From contig CBDCGL010000011.1 of assembly GCA_965216755.1 (NCBI GenBank), positions 384,001 to 448,000 of the forward strand: a stretch of DNA of 64,000 nucleotides, written 5' to 3'. The notes under the pieces were generated by a model. That model was not told where the DNA came from. It saw nothing but the letters and a program-made list of their open reading frames with translations, and ran no database searches. The stretch is from Alphaproteobacteria bacterium. GTDB taxonomy: Bacteria; Pseudomonadota; Alphaproteobacteria; UBA7887. Both the position numbers and the translations under genes were made by a program. Of the stretch, positions 30,353 through 43,681 are shown in pieces; the stretch's first letter is position 1, and the number at the start of each line of letters is the position of its first letter.

Positions 30353-30767
30353 GTTCTTGGGCGAACTTCGGCGCATCTAAGGCAGGTAGGCTGCGGGCGC
30401 CCGTGATTTCGCGCCGGGCAAGCCCCAAGACGGCCGTTTCTGAACGCCGTTGAGTACCTCCACCAATATAGATTGGCGCGGTGCCGGGGGGCTGAGGCCG
30501 TCGCGGTCGCCCTGAACCTGACAATTTTCTGTACAGAGGTCGCGTGTCGAACTGGCCGGGGCAGTGTGGCGGCGATCCGTGTGCCACAGCACTAGCATCG
30601 CCAACTGTAGGCACTGTCGCGCAATTGCGATAATCGCCCCTGCTGTCATAGGGCGCTGATTGGCTGCAAGCCGCTTCGCCGCCGCCGGAACAAAGCGACG
30701 CCGCGCCCAGCGCGAATGCGTGCAAACGTGCCGCGTCGCTGGTCGAGGGATCAAGAACCAGCAAGCG

Positions 30768-31565
30768 TCACAAGGTCTCGATCAGTTTGCGCATACCTTC
30801 GCCGATTTTTGTCAGGCCGGCTTTGAGTATGAAACGGTCCCAGCCGATACAGAAATGCCGCGCCCCGAGGTCGATGTAGCGCTTGGCTTGTTCTACATCG
30901 CCGATTTCGATGCGCGGATGAACACCATACTCAATCGATTTCTTGATCACGCGTTCTTCGAACGGCCGAATTTCCGGCGTGAACATCATGCCCGGTTGGC
31001 CGCGCGACAGACCAAAGTCCGCCGGCCCCCATTGGGTCATGTCGGCGCGCTTGTCTCGGGCGGCAGCCAGGATTTCGTCCATGTTCTCGACCGCGACGTT
31101 CTTTTCGATCATGATCAGGAACAGGATGGAGTCGAGATCGTCCATGTAACCGTCTGGGCTGTAATCGGCCAACGCCGGTCGACGCAGCTTTAGACCCATC
31201 AGGCCGTCTCTGTCCGGTGTGTCAGCGCGAACATACCGGTGACAGTCGTCAACGTCGGCGGGCGACCGAATGTCCGTGAACAATATGGCTTTGAAGCCAG
31301 CGCCGAGTGCCGCCTGCGCCCAAAAACCTTGGGCTTCTTGGTCAAGCTTGATCATCAGCGGCAGGTTGGCGCACTGGCCCGCGCGCGCCATGTGATAGAG
31401 CGTGTGCATGTCAAATGCCGAATACTCGGCGGCGTATTCAGCGTAGTCGAACAGGCCGGTATCACCGATGAGCTCCGCAATGTCCGGGTCGGACGTCAGG
31501 AAGTGGGTGCCGATCGTCGGGTTTCCGGCAGCCAGGGTCTGACGCAGAGTATTGGGCATGATCAT
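30768..31565 (-). CDS. HpcH/HpaI aldolase family protein
   Basis: AEYSAFD, IMIEKN, WGPADFGLSRG and GARHFCIGWD motifs. Confidence 0.88.
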   Translation of the reverse strand: MIMPNTLRQTLAAGNPTIGTHFLTSDPDIAELIGDTGLFDYAEYAAEYSAFDMHTLYHMARAGQCANLPLMIKLDQEAQGFWAQAALGAGFKAILFTDIRSPADVDDCHRYVRADTPDRDGLMGLKLRRPALADYSPDGYMDDLDSILFLIMIEKNVAVENMDEILAAARDKRADMTQWGPADFGLSRGQPGMMFTPEIRPFEERVIKKSIEYGVHPRIEIGDVEQAKRYIDLGARHFCIGWDRFILKAGLTKIGEGMRKLIETL

Positions 31566-31604
31566 GATGTTGCGTCTTTCGCTTATGCGCGCGAGGCGCC
31601 ACGC

Positions 31605-32009
31605 TCAGTCGATAACCGCGGTCACTTCGACTTCAAGCAGGAATTCGGGCAGGGCGAGCGATTGGACACCGATCCAGGTATTCGCCGCCGGTGTAGCATC
31701 GCCGTAAAACGAAGCGATGGCCCTGCCAATTGGCATCAGTTTGTCAGGGGAATTGTCCACCACGTATGTCCGCATGCGGACCACGTCGGCCGGCGTTGCG
31801 CCGGCCGTGGCAAGAATTTTTGTCAGGTTGCGAAACACTTGCGCGGCCTGCGCGGACAGATCGCCGGGCCCCACCAGGTTGCCGTCGTCATCCCAGGCCA
31901 CTTGGCCGGCACAATGGACCATTGTGCCACCCGTGCTCATCGTGGCATGCGAAAAACCATATTGGACTGCGTTGTACATATCGTCCGGATTGAGGGCTCT
32001 GCGTGACAT
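31605..32009 (-). CDS. RidA/YjgF family protein
   Basis: FSHA, CAGQVAWD, QVFRNL and PAANTWIGVQSLALPEFLLEVE motifs. Confidence 0.9.
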   Translation of the reverse strand: MSRRALNPDDMYNAVQYGFSHATMSTGGTMVHCAGQVAWDDDGNLVGPGDLSAQAAQVFRNLTKILATAGATPADVVRMRTYVVDNSPDKLMPIGRAIASFYGDATPAANTWIGVQSLALPEFLLEVEVTAVID

Positions 32010-32566
32010 GACTCCACATCCTCTTGAAAAAATAGACAATTCAAACTGTGACCCCAACAACGTACATCAGATACCGGGCGCCAATCCATGCCGGTTTGGT
32101 ATGCCGATACGCGGCCAATGCGTGGCGCGTGTACTGCCTCGCCTCGCAAGGCTGACGGCGCCCTGGACCGTCCTACTCGCGATTGCAATAAGATTATAGT
32201 TAGGCCTCTAAAGATGTTTGGGCGATCTATGCCCTGATGCGCGGCGAGGCCACAGATTGACTGCTGGGCTGGTGATAAGAAATGCGTCGCGCGCGGGCCT
32301 TCGGAGGGGCGGCCGTAGGCAGCCTGGTCTTTGGTCAAAGCCCAACTCAAAACAACCCCCAAAATGCCGAGAAAATAGGCGATTTTGGTGGCAAAGCCTG
32401 AGCTGCCGGGGTACAAACTGCTTGCGGATTCCTTGGCAAAGCACTTGACCTCTTGGTAACAAGCCGTTCTGTCAAAATAGCGAATCGGACGTTGGCCGGC
32501 GGTCGCCGAAAAGCTGCGCTGGGCCAACGTTTTTTCGTGCGCCGTTAAGCAACGAGCCGTGGACAC

Positions 32567-35314
32567 GTGACTGAATCATCATCCAAACCGATAGATATCG
32601 CGCCCATCGGCATCGAGGAGGAGATGAAGCGCTCCTACCTCGACTACGCCATGAGCGTGATCGTCAGCCGCGCCTTACCGGATGTACGCGACGGCCTGAA
32701 GCCGGTCCACCGCCGCATTCTGTATGCGATGGAAGAGGGCAATTACGATCCGAACAGGCCATACCGTAAATCAGCGCGCTTGGTCGGCGATGTCATGGGC
32801 AAATACCATCCGCATGGCGATTCAGCGATTTACGACGCGCTTGTGCGCATGGCACAGGATTTTTCCATGCGGTTGCCGCTGGTCGACGGGCAGGGCAATT
32901 TCGGTTCTATGGACGGCGATCCACCCGCGGCGATGCGCTATACCGAAGTACGCATGGCGTCCGCAGCGAAGACTCTTCTTGAAGATATCGACAAAAACAC
33001 AGTCGATTTCCAAGAGAACTACGACAATACCGATCAAGAACCGTCTGTCCTTCCGGCGCGTTTTCCGAATTTGCTCGTTAACGGCGCCGGCGGAATCGCG
33101 GTTGGTATGGCTACGAACATCCCGCCGCACAATCTGGGCGAGGTGATCGATGCCTGCCTGGCCTTGATTGAAAATCCCGATCTGACGATTACCGAATTGG
33201 TTGAAATTCTGCCGGGACCGGATTTTCCAACAGGTGGGATCATCATGGGCCGGGCCGGCATTCTCGCCGCGTATCACATCGGCCGGGGCTCGATCATGAT
33301 GCGCGGGCGGACGGTTCGCGAAGAACGGAGCCGCGATCGCGAGGCGATCATCGTCACCGAAATTCCGTATCAAGTGAACAAATCGCGGATGGTCGAGCAG
33401 ATCGCCGATGCTGTGCGCGACAAGCGCGTCGAAGGCATCAGCGATTTGCGCGACGAATCCGATCGTGATGGTGTTCGCGTGGTGATCGAGCTCAAGCGCG
33501 ACGCCACATATGACGTCGTCCTCAATCAACTGTATCGATTTTCGTCGCTGCAAATGACGTTTGGTGTCAACGCGCTCGCTTTGAATCATGGTCGCCCTGA
33601 ACAGCTCAATATCAAGGCGATCTTGGAGGCGTTCCTGGCCTTCCGAGAAGAGGTCATTACCCGGCGCACTGCGTTCGAGCTCGCCGAAGCCCGCAAGCGC
33701 GCGCACATTCTGGTCGGTCTTGCGGTGGCGGTCGCGAATATTGACGAGGTGATCGCGCTGATCCGCAAGGCGCCGGACCCCCAGACCGCACGCGAACAGA
33801 TGCTGGTACGAGCTTGGCCCGCGGAGACGGTCGCGCCTTTGATCAAGTTGATCAACGATCCCGAAGGCAAGTTGGAAGAGGACGATACTTACCATATGAC
33901 CGAGGCCCAAGCGCGGGCGATTTTGGATCTGCGCTTGCATCGCTTGACCGCACTCGAACGCGACAAACTCGGCGATGACCTCAAGGCCTTGGTCGCCAAA
34001 ATCATCGACTATTTGGAAATACTGGGCAAACGCGAGCGCCGACTTGAGATCTTGCGTGCGGAGCTTACCGATGTTCGCGAGCGGTTTGCGACACCGCGGC
34101 GGACTGACATTCAAGACGTCGAATTCGAAGCGGATATCGAGGACCTGATCGAACGCGAAGATATGGTTGTGACGGTAACCGGCAATGGTTATGTCAAACG
34201 TGTCCCGCTTTCGACCTATCGTGCGCAACGGCGCGGCGGCAAGGGGCGCGCCGGCATGGCGACGCGCGAAGAGGATTTCGTCTCTCAAGTCTTTATCGTT
34301 AACACGCACACGCCGGTGCTGTTTTTCACCACGGGTGGCATGGCTTATTGTCTCAAAGCGTACAAGCTGCCGCTTGGCACGCCACAGGCGCGCGGCAAAC
34401 CGCTGGTCAATTTGCTACCGTTGGAAGATGGCGAGTCATTGGCGACCATGATGCCGCTGCCGGAGGACGAAGATTCCTGGGGTGATCTGCACGTGATGTT
34501 CGCGACGTCGTCTGGCGACGTGAGGCGCAATTCGCTGAGCGATTTCACCAATATTAAGGCCAACGGCAAGATCGCCATGCGTCTGGAAGATGACAGCGGC
34601 CGCAGCTTCGGCCGCTTGATCGGCGTGCAAACCTGTTCGGAAGACCACGATATTCTGCTGGCGGCGCGTGGTGGCAAATGCATTCGATTTCCGGTTACGG
34701 ATGTTCGTGTATTTTCATCCCGCTATTCGACGGGGGTACGCGGTATCCGATTGGCACGCGGCGACGAAGTGGTCTCCATGTCCGTGCTCAACCACGTCGA
34801 GATCGATCTCGATGAGCGCGACACCTACTTGCGTGCCGCGACGGCTCGGCGGCGCCTTGAATCGGGCGATGAAATTGAGGGCGAAGATGCCGGCTCCACC
34901 GAGTTCGCGGATTCAGAACGCTATGCCAAGCTGGAGGCCCAGGAAGAAGTCATTTTGACCGTGACCGAAAATGGCTTCGGCAAACGCACATCGGCTTACG
35001 AATATCGTGTCGCCGGGCGTGGTGGACAGGGCGTCATTAACATTGAGACCTCTGACCGCAATGGGCCGGTGGTTGCTTCGTTCTCGGTGAACAGGGATGA
35101 TCAGGCGATGTTGGTTACAGATGCCGGGCAATTGATCCGTATTCCCGTGGGCGATATCAGGATTGCCGGACGCAATACCCAGGGTGTAACACTGTTCCGG
35201 ACCGCGAAGGATGAACATGTCGTCTCGGTGACGCGCTTGAGCGAAAGCAACGGCGATCGTCTTGATGACGAAACTGCCACCGACGATGGCGGCAAGGGTG
35301 AAGAAAGTGAGTGA
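32567..35314 (+). CDS. gyrA: DNA gyrase subunit A
   Basis: [27 protein letters not shown] and the GyrA box QRRGGKG. Confidence 0.99.
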   Translation: MTESSSKPIDIAPIGIEEEMKRSYLDYAMSVIVSRALPDVRDGLKPVHRRILYAMEEGNYDPNRPYRKSARLVGDVMGKYHPHGDSAIYDALVRMAQDFSMRLPLVDGQGNFGSMDGDPPAAMRYTEVRMASAAKTLLEDIDKNTVDFQENYDNTDQEPSVLPARFPNLLVNGAGGIAVGMATNIPPHNLGEVIDACLALIENPDLTITELVEILPGPDFPTGGIIMGRAGILAAYHIGRGSIMMRGRTVREERSRDREAIIVTEIPYQVNKSRMVEQIADAVRDKRVEGISDLRDESDRDGVRVVIELKRDATYDVVLNQLYRFSSLQMTFGVNALALNHGRPEQLNIKAILEAFLAFREEVITRRTAFELAEARKRAHILVGLAVAVANIDEVIALIRKAPDPQTAREQMLVRAWPAETVAPLIKLINDPEGKLEEDDTYHMTEAQARAILDLRLHRLTALERDKLGDDLKALVAKIIDYLEILGKRERRLEILRAELTDVRERFATPRRTDIQDVEFEADIEDLIEREDMVVTVTGNGYVKRVPLSTYRAQRRGGKGRAGMATREEDFVSQVFIVNTHTPVLFFTTGGMAYCLKAYKLPLGTPQARGKPLVNLLPLEDGESLATMMPLPEDEDSWGDLHVMFATSSGDVRRNSLSDFTNIKANGKIAMRLEDDSGRSFGRLIGVQTCSEDHDILLAARGGKCIRFPVTDVRVFSSRYSTGVRGIRLARGDEVVSMSVLNHVEIDLDERDTYLRAATARRRLESGDEIEGEDAGSTEFADSERYAKLEAQEEVILTVTENGFGKRTSAYEYRVAGRGGQGVINIETSDRNGPVVASFSVNRDDQAMLVTDAGQLIRIPVGDIRIAGRNTQGVTLFRTAKDEHVVSVTRLSESNGDRLDDETATDDGGKGEESE

Positions 35315-35834
35315 CTCGATTGTCGGCGTCTATCCCGGCACGTTTGATCCGCCGACATACGGCCATTTTGATATTGTCACCCGCGCGTTGCGGGTCGTTG
35401 ACCGGCTTGTCATCGGCATTGCCATCAACGCCGGAAAAGGCCCGATGTTTTCGATCGAGGAACGTGTCAGCCTGGTCGAAGACGCGTTGCGCGACATGGA
35501 CCACGGTATTGCCGAAAAGATATCAATCAAACCGTTTGACAACTTGCTGATGCATTTCACGTTGGCGTGTAACGCCAACGTGATCGTGCGCGGTCTGCGG
35601 GCGGTTTCCGATTTTGAGTACGAGTTCCAAATGGCCGGCATGAATGCCAGGTTGGAGCCCGATGTCGAGACATTGTTTTTGATGGCGTCGGAACGGACCC
35701 AGTTCATTTCGTCCCGGCTGGTCAAGGAAATCTGCATGCTTGGCGGAGATGTCTCGACGTTTGTGCCGCCAAATGTTTTGCGCAGCCTATTGGAGAAACG
35801 TGCGCAGGCCGCAGGCGGCGCTGGCACCGCGTAA
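35307..35834 (+). CDS. coaD: Phosphopantetheine adenylyltransferase
   Basis: [24 protein letters not shown] and ISSRLVKE motifs; GTG start overlaps the end of gyrA. Confidence 0.97.
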   Translation: MSDSIVGVYPGTFDPPTYGHFDIVTRALRVVDRLVIGIAINAGKGPMFSIEERVSLVEDALRDMDHGIAEKISIKPFDNLLMHFTLACNANVIVRGLRAVSDFEYEFQMAGMNARLEPDVETLFLMASERTQFISSRLVKEICMLGGDVSTFVPPNVLRSLLEKRAQAAGGAGTA

Positions 35835-35909
35835 CGGCATTCACACGCCGCAATCTGATGGGTCGCACATCTGCGCAACACCATCGATCCGCTCAACCCA
35901 GGGAGACGC

Positions 35910-36461
35910 TTGATGAATCCGACTCTCAGTAAGCTACTCATTGCAGCGGCCGTCATCGGCGCGGGCCTGTCGGCCGCCGAGGCAGGCGACCCGGAAAATA
36001 CGCTATATTTGGAGCTCGATGGTGGTCGGGTCGTGATTGAGATGAAGCCGGAATTGGCACCCAATCATGTCGCCCGCATCAAAGAGCTGGTGCGCGATGG
36101 CTTCTACGACGGTTTGGTGTTTCACCGGGTGATCGACGGTTTCATGGCCCAGACCGGCGATCCGCTCGGCAATGGCACGGGTGGTTCCGGCCAGAATATC
36201 AGTGCTGAGTTTTCCGACTATAATCATGTGCGCGGCACTGTCTCCATGGCGCGCGCACAAAGCCCGAACAGCGCCGACAGTCAGTTCTTTATTTGCTTTG
36301 AGGAATCCCCCTGGTTGGATGGCCAATACACGGTTTGGGGGCAGGTGGTTGAAGGCATGGAACATGTCGATGCCATCAAACGCGGCGATGGCAACCGCAA
36401 CGGCGTGGTTACCGATCCGGACCGGATCATGTCGCTCAAAGTTGCGGCAGATGTCGATTAA
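35910..36461 (+). CDS. Cyclophilin-type peptidyl-prolyl isomerase
   Basis: Signal peptide, FHRVIDGFMAQTGDP, SMARA and SQFFI motifs. Confidence 0.95.
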   Translation: MMNPTLSKLLIAAAVIGAGLSAAEAGDPENTLYLELDGGRVVIEMKPELAPNHVARIKELVRDGFYDGLVFHRVIDGFMAQTGDPLGNGTGGSGQNISAEFSDYNHVRGTVSMARAQSPNSADSQFFICFEESPWLDGQYTVWGQVVEGMEHVDAIKRGDGNRNGVVTDPDRIMSLKVAADVD

Positions 36462-36510
36462 GCGCGCCGTATCCTAGCGCGCCGTGCACGCAGCTTGAGT
36501 GTGCCTGGGC

Positions 36511-38666
<2,156 letters not shown>

Positions 38667-38763
38667 GCGCGAAGACGGCCCTATTGACCCGATAACGCGT
38701 GGTCCGTATGGTCCGCGCAATGGGGATTTGCGGGGCGGCCCTGTCCCGCCCCACGCCACTTCC

Positions 38764-38838
38764 GGGCCCGTAGTTCAGTGGTAGAACACGTGACTTTTAA
38801 TCACGGTGTCGGAGGTTCGATTCCTCCCGGGCCTACCA
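38764..38838 (+). tRNA. tRNA-Lys (anticodon TTT)
   Basis: Acceptor stem GGGCCCG/CGGGCCT, anticodon arm CGTGA-CTTTTAA-TCACG, T arm GGAGG-TTCGATT-CCTCC, encoded CCA. Confidence 0.97.
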
Positions 38839-38839
38839 A

Positions 38840-41661
38840 GTCGACCGGGTCCAGCCCGGAGACATAGGTAACAGTTTGTACCTAGGACATGGGTGACAAC
38901 CACGCGCCGAACGGGTTGTCGAGGGGTTGCAGGGTTCTCTGTTCAAGATCGACGTAACCGAGATCATAGTGCATGAAGCTGACGAGCCAAATGGCGTCGT
39001 CAACTTCCTTGATGCCGAGCCTTTGCCCCGCGAGCACGGTTGAGACATTGATTTTTTTGCGGTGCAAGCAGATGCGGCCGCAATTGGTAACCAGGATGTC
39101 GCGATCGTGAAAGGGGTAGGCGAGCTCTGGGACGCCGGTATAGGGCCGGGTTGAGGGTTTGTAGACCTCGTCTGGTGGTTTCATGTCCAGGGCCTGGTGG
39201 GGTCGTTCCGTGTTGAATTCGTCAACGAAGGCATCGAAGCGTGCTTGCTGCTGCAGGCTGTTCATGCCGGGCGGCCGTGTGGCTTCCTTTTTCAAAGTAA
39301 GGTGGAGGCGCTCGTGTCGGCCATTTTCTTGGGGATGGCCTGGTTTGATGCGCTCGATCTGAATGCCGAGGCGTAGCCACCAGACGGAGAGCTTGGAGAG
39401 ATTGAACAAGCCGTTGGGGCTGGCGAAGGGTACGCCATTGTCCGATCTGATGGCGGCGGGCAGGCCACGTTCAGCAAACAGGCGTTCGAAGGCGGTGAGA
39501 GTGAGATCTTGCTTTGTCGACTCGAGAGCTTCGCACATCAGGACGAAGCGCGAGGCATGGTCGGTAACGGTCAAGGGGTAACAATACCGCCGGTTGCCGA
39601 GTCTGAACTCGCCTTTGAAGTCGGTGCACCACAAATCATTGGGTGCGGTGCCAGCGGACAGGGGTGTGCCTTTGGCTCTTCGGCGGGGCCGGCCTTTGCG
39701 TTTGACCAGGCCGTGCCGGTCGAGGACGGCATGAACGGTACTTTGGGCTGGGATGCGGACATCCCCGGCCAGGCGGCGGACGAGCAGCTCACGGATCTTG
39801 CGTGCGCCCCAATGGGGTTTCTCCTTTTTGAAGCGGATGATCAGGCTTTCGACCTGTGCCGGCAATTGGTTGGCATAGCGAACCGGCCGGCGGGAGCGGT
39901 CGCAGAGGGCTTCGAGCCCGTGCTCCTTGTAGCGATTGTAGATTTTGTAGCCTGTCTTGCGCGAGATACCGAACTGACGGCAGACATCGCTCATTGGCTC
40001 GCCCTCTAACAGGCGGGCGACAAAACGTAGACGTTCTTCCATGACCGAACTCTCTTTCCACGGCATCAACACCTCCGGCCCCACGAATTCGGCCAAAAGT
40101 GTTACCCATGTGTCCGGTACAAAACGTCACCTATCTCTCAGGTCAGTCGACCGTGAACTAAGCGAATTGGTGTGCGTTTCTGACGCAGGTGAGTGTCCAA
40201 AGTTGGAGCACAGGAAGCCTGATCCAATTCAAGATCAGGCGGAAGTTGTATCCGGCAGCAGCAAGAACTGGATTGATTGCGTCGCCCTGTTTGTGGGCGA
40301 GATAGTTTGTATTCATGGGGTGGCCGGACTTGAGATGACCGATGACGGGTTCGACGGCCGAACGTCGTTTCATCTGACGTTTGATGGCGGCTGTGACGCG
40401 GCGTTTTTGTCCGGCGGTGAAGACGCGGAACCTGTGGCTGTTGGGCGCATTGTGGCCCTTGTAGCCGGCATCGGTAAGGATACGCGTGAGCGTGACGCCG
40501 GTGAACGCTTCGATCCGGGGAATGACGGTCCCAAGGGTGTGCCCATCATAGGGCCGGCCCGACAGGGCTTGGACGTGGACAACAAACTGGCCGCCCTTTG
40601 ACCGCTTGAGGGTGGTGGCGACCGAAGCCTTGACGCCGAACTCATAAGGTTTGTGGGCTTTGCCTTTGCCAATGCACTCCACCTCCGGCGCGTGCAGGGC
40701 ATAAACCTTGGGCAACGGATCGCGTTGCTTCTGGGTCATCACCCGTGTCGCCAACCATAGGGGTCGTCGGAAGGCGTCTTCCAGATCTGGGTTGCCTTTG
40801 ATCTTGCGCCCAATGTCGCGCACCGTTCGGCCAAGATAGGTCTTCAGGCGGCGCAGCTGCTTGCGCGCCCGCTTGTGTTGTTTGGCGTGGGCATAACGCT
40901 GATAGGCAATTAGCGCCTTCTTGCCAACACGCCGATAGGATTGGCGTAACGCAATGCCTTCCGCTTTGGCTTGTTTGACCAGCCGTTCGCGGGCGCGATG
41001 GATCAGCTTGGCGTCAGTCGGAAACGCGATGTTCTTCTCGGCAACTGTTGTATCGATAATCACTTTCGTAAATTCGCGAGGCGTCGCTGCGCCGATGTCC
41101 ACAGCCACCGAAAGGCTTTCCTGCAACAAAGCCTGAAGCCGCTCCTCACCCATGCGTTGCCGCCAACGTGTCATCGAAGAGCGATCCAGCGGTAGTTCAT
41201 GACGGAAGAATTCTTCGCCACAAAAATATTGATAATACGGGTTCTCCACCCAGCGCCGGCAAAGCTCTTCATCCGACAGGTTGTCGGCATATTTCAAGAT
41301 GTGGAGACCGGCCATCAACCGCGTTGAAAGCGGCGGGTAACCCGGACCGTCGATGTAAACCGCGCCGCACTGATCGGCCAAAAACTGCCAATCAATCGTG
41401 TCCGCCAAAACCACCTTCTCGTGGCCCATGTCCAAGATTTGATCCAGCCGCGCCCGAAAAAAATCGCTCTGCCCCGTGGTCTCTGGCTCTCTTGGTTTCA
41501 TCGTGCCCTCATCGCCATTTGGCACAATGAATCACAGCTCAACCGCCAACGCAAATTGCAAGAAATCGGTCTTCATACACCCAAAATCCTGCAAGTCTGA
41601 CTATTGTCGCAGCGCTTACTTCGTCTCTAATTCAGACCGTTACAGATACTTCACGGACGAC
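38840..41661 (-). mobile_element. IS5-family element (transposase 40158..41501) with one terminal IR interrupted by IS481
   Basis: IIDTTV, KPYEFG, DAGYKG and RRSAVEPVIGHLK motifs. IRs GTCGACCGTGAA / TTCACGGACGAC; TACCAA duplicated at 38834-38839 and 41662-41667. Confidence 0.88.
38848..40149 (-). mobile_element. IS481-family element (transposase 38882..40066)
   Basis: MPWKESSVMEERLRF HTH, WCTDFKG, SDNG and ENGRHER motifs; repeated CATAGGTAACA/CATGGGTGACA motifs at both ends. Ends are approximate, flanked by ACCG. Confidence 0.92.
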
Positions 41662-41733
41662 TACCAATGAAAACAATGACTTATGGGACGATGTGGGTGG
41701 GGCGTTAGCCCCGCTGGTCGCATACTGGTCGCA
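41662..41733 (+). other. Putative att junction of an integrated element
   Basis: With the IS removed, the tRNA end continues ACCAATGAAAACAATGACTTA, followed by tandem CTGGTCGCA repeats (41714-41722, 41725-41733) resembling integrase arm sites. Confidence 0.55.
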
Positions 41734-41742
41734 AAATTTTTT

Positions 41743-42355
41743 TCACTCTTCTGGCGGGCAGGGTGCGATATCGATTTTTCCCCGTGAATAGGGCCACAGC
41801 ACTTCACAGAGCTTTTCGATCCTCTTGGCGGCCTTTGCTCCTTCTTCTATAAACCAACGGTCAGCACGGTCATCGCGCTGGCGATGTCCCTCGGCGGTTG
41901 CTCCAAGCCACTGTAATTTCTCTATTAGTTGGGAAATAGTCTCAGCGGTTTCTTGATCCGCATACTCAACACATTCTCTGAACACGCCGATAGCCTCAGG
42001 GGAAAATGGCCGCAGCCGAGATTTAAGATCATGGAACGCACCAAAGGCCTCTAAAGCGGCGTCTGTGTAGTCCGTGGTCTGGTCCATCGCAAGCGGCATC
42101 AACGCTCGAGCTGCTCGATTTTTCGCGCGCCGGATATTTTTTGAAATGCGTTGCTCGCTGGTGAATTTGGCATATTAGGACGATGATCGTAATGATCGCG
42201 GCGAAAAGGGCCAGAATGCCCGCAACTAGCGTCTGGTAGCTGTAGAAGCACTGCCACGAGAGCAACGATTCGCAAACCCACTCAACGGACTCTGGGGCTG
42301 CGTCAGCGGTTTTGACGAGTCCCGCGGAAGATGCTGAGGAATCAACCATCATCAC
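41743..42355 (-). pseudogene. Membrane-anchored hypothetical gene split by a frameshift in an A6 run
   Basis: ORFs 42029..42355 and 41743..42102 fuse (HFKNIRRAKNRAARALMPLAM) if one base is removed from the run at 42137-42142. Confidence 0.6.
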
Positions 42356-42558
42356 TTATCCCTCCATCGACTCACCCTCGGGTCGTCGTCCGGCAACAGC
42401 TGACTCAACCGCAACGCCTTAACTGCGGCGTTAGCCAGGGACATGAAGTTCCTGTCTCGATACTCCGGATTCTTCTCGCGGGCCAGCGCGCGGATAAGCT
42501 GGCCCTTTCGCTTCAGGGCCGTTGATATCGCTAAGGCGATGTCCTCGTCATAGGTCAT
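42352..42558 (-). CDS. Small hypothetical protein, paralog A (68 aa)
   Basis: Starts MTYDEDIALAISTALKRK; 33/59 residues identical to the ORF at 43443-43622 by manual alignment. Confidence 0.75.
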   Translation of the reverse strand: MTYDEDIALAISTALKRKGQLIRALAREKNPEYRDRNFMSLANAAVKALRLSQLLPDDDPRVSRWRDK

Positions 42559-42577
42559 GGCGGCAATCATAATACGA

Positions 42578-42592
42578 GAACAAAACGAGTAC
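42578..42592. promoter_or_regulatory. Alphaproteobacterial LexA-like box
   Basis: GAAC-AAAACGA-GTAC against the consensus GAAC-N7-GAAC, 19 bp upstream of the ATG. Confidence 0.6.
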
Positions 42593-42605
42593 AAACGTTA
42601 CAACT

Positions 42606-43349
42606 TCATGGTGCTGTTTGGAGCCTTGCAGCGTCCACCTGATAGAGAAGCTCATCGATAAAACCGCAGATTTTAAGAGCCCGCGTTCGCGATAGATCCG
42701 ATAAATGGTGGTGAACCGGATTTCGGTACGACTGCATTATTCCTCGGATCGAATTGGCCAATCCCGCTTGTATGCTCGGATCCGTATCCAGAACTAGAAT
42801 CGATTTTTTGGGGTCGGACTTAATAACCCGATTGACAAGGTCTGCGCCGGCCACGTTCCGATCTTGAAACGCCGACTTCCGCCGGATTCGGTCTTCAAGT
42901 ACTACTGTTGCTTCGCGGACCGCTCGGTCAAATTTATCAGGGGCGGAAAGCAGATCCGAACACCTTTCTCGCATATCGGGGTCAGTCAAAGCATTATACA
43001 AAGCACCAATCCGCGCGACTGACTCTCCTGCAAAATGCACTTTTTCTAGATACGACAAAAGCTGCGATAGCTTTGCTCTGAGTTCGTTCGCAACCGTATC
43101 CGTCGTTCGCCGGTCGCGATCCCTGTAGAATCCGTTTTCGTCCAATCTGAACGTGCCCGTATCTTCGCCAAGCACGTCGGCGAGTTTCCCTACAATCTCG
43201 TTGTAGTCGGTGCCAAGTGATAGCGGCACTAGATGAAGTGACACAATTAGCGCATCGCGAATCCCAGTCAGTCTTGCGTAAAGACCGGATAGTAATTTCC
43301 TGTCAATTGTCGAATGGTTGTCGACTGCAGCATCGGCATCGGTAACCAC
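42606..43349 (-). CDS. TIGR02391-family protein
   Basis: C-terminal pattern FDRAVREATVVLEDRIR...GADLV...GIMQSYRNPVHH. Confidence 0.75.
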   Translation of the reverse strand: MVTDADAAVDNHSTIDRKLLSGLYARLTGIRDALIVSLHLVPLSLGTDYNEIVGKLADVLGEDTGTFRLDENGFYRDRDRRTTDTVANELRAKLSQLLSYLEKVHFAGESVARIGALYNALTDPDMRERCSDLLSAPDKFDRAVREATVVLEDRIRRKSAFQDRNVAGADLVNRVIKSDPKKSILVLDTDPSIQAGLANSIRGIMQSYRNPVHHHLSDLSRTRALKICGFIDELLYQVDAARLQTAP

Positions 43350-43442
43350 GGCAGCCCCCGGATGGCGTCTGATTTCTCGCTACTAGGTGGTTATAACAAG
43401 AAGGCTCATCAAACAAACATGTCGCGGCAAGAATTCCGCTTT

Positions 43443-43622
43443 TCAACAATCGTCAGGCGGCAGACTACTCTCACGCAAAGATTGAGCAACCACCTCGGCC
43501 AGGAACTTGAAGCTGCGGTCCCGATGCTCCGGCGTCTTCTGCCGAACGAGCGCGCGCATGGATTTGGATTGACGCTTCAACGTGGTCGATATGGCCAGAA
43601 TAAGGCTCTCGTCGTAGGTCAT
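43443..43622 (-). CDS. Small hypothetical protein, paralog B (59 aa)
   Basis: Starts MTYDESLILAISTTLKRQ; paralog of 42352-42558. Confidence 0.75.
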   Translation of the reverse strand: MTYDESLILAISTTLKRQSKSMRALVRQKTPEHRDRSFKFLAEVVAQSLRESSLPPDDC

Positions 43623-43641
43623 GGCGAGTACCGTAGTATGA

Positions 43642-43656
43642 GCACAAAAAGAGAAC
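43642..43656. promoter_or_regulatory. Alphaproteobacterial LexA-like box
   Basis: GCAC-AAAAAGA-GAAC, 19 bp upstream of the ATG, the same spacing as for paralog A. Confidence 0.55.
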
Positions 43657-43681
43657 AAAGTCTGCGAGGACTTTGCTGAAA

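Noticed and set aside
30353-30767. tmRNA, 6S RNA or SAM-II riboswitch
   Set aside because: Only short motif matches (CCTCCACCA, CGGCTTGCAGCCA). There is no tag reading frame, T-arm, remaining riboswitch consensus or usual gene context.
32822-34309. 495-aa antisense ORF inside gyrA and similar long shadow ORFs
   Set aside because: Expected by-product of high-GC codon usage; no recognisable motifs.
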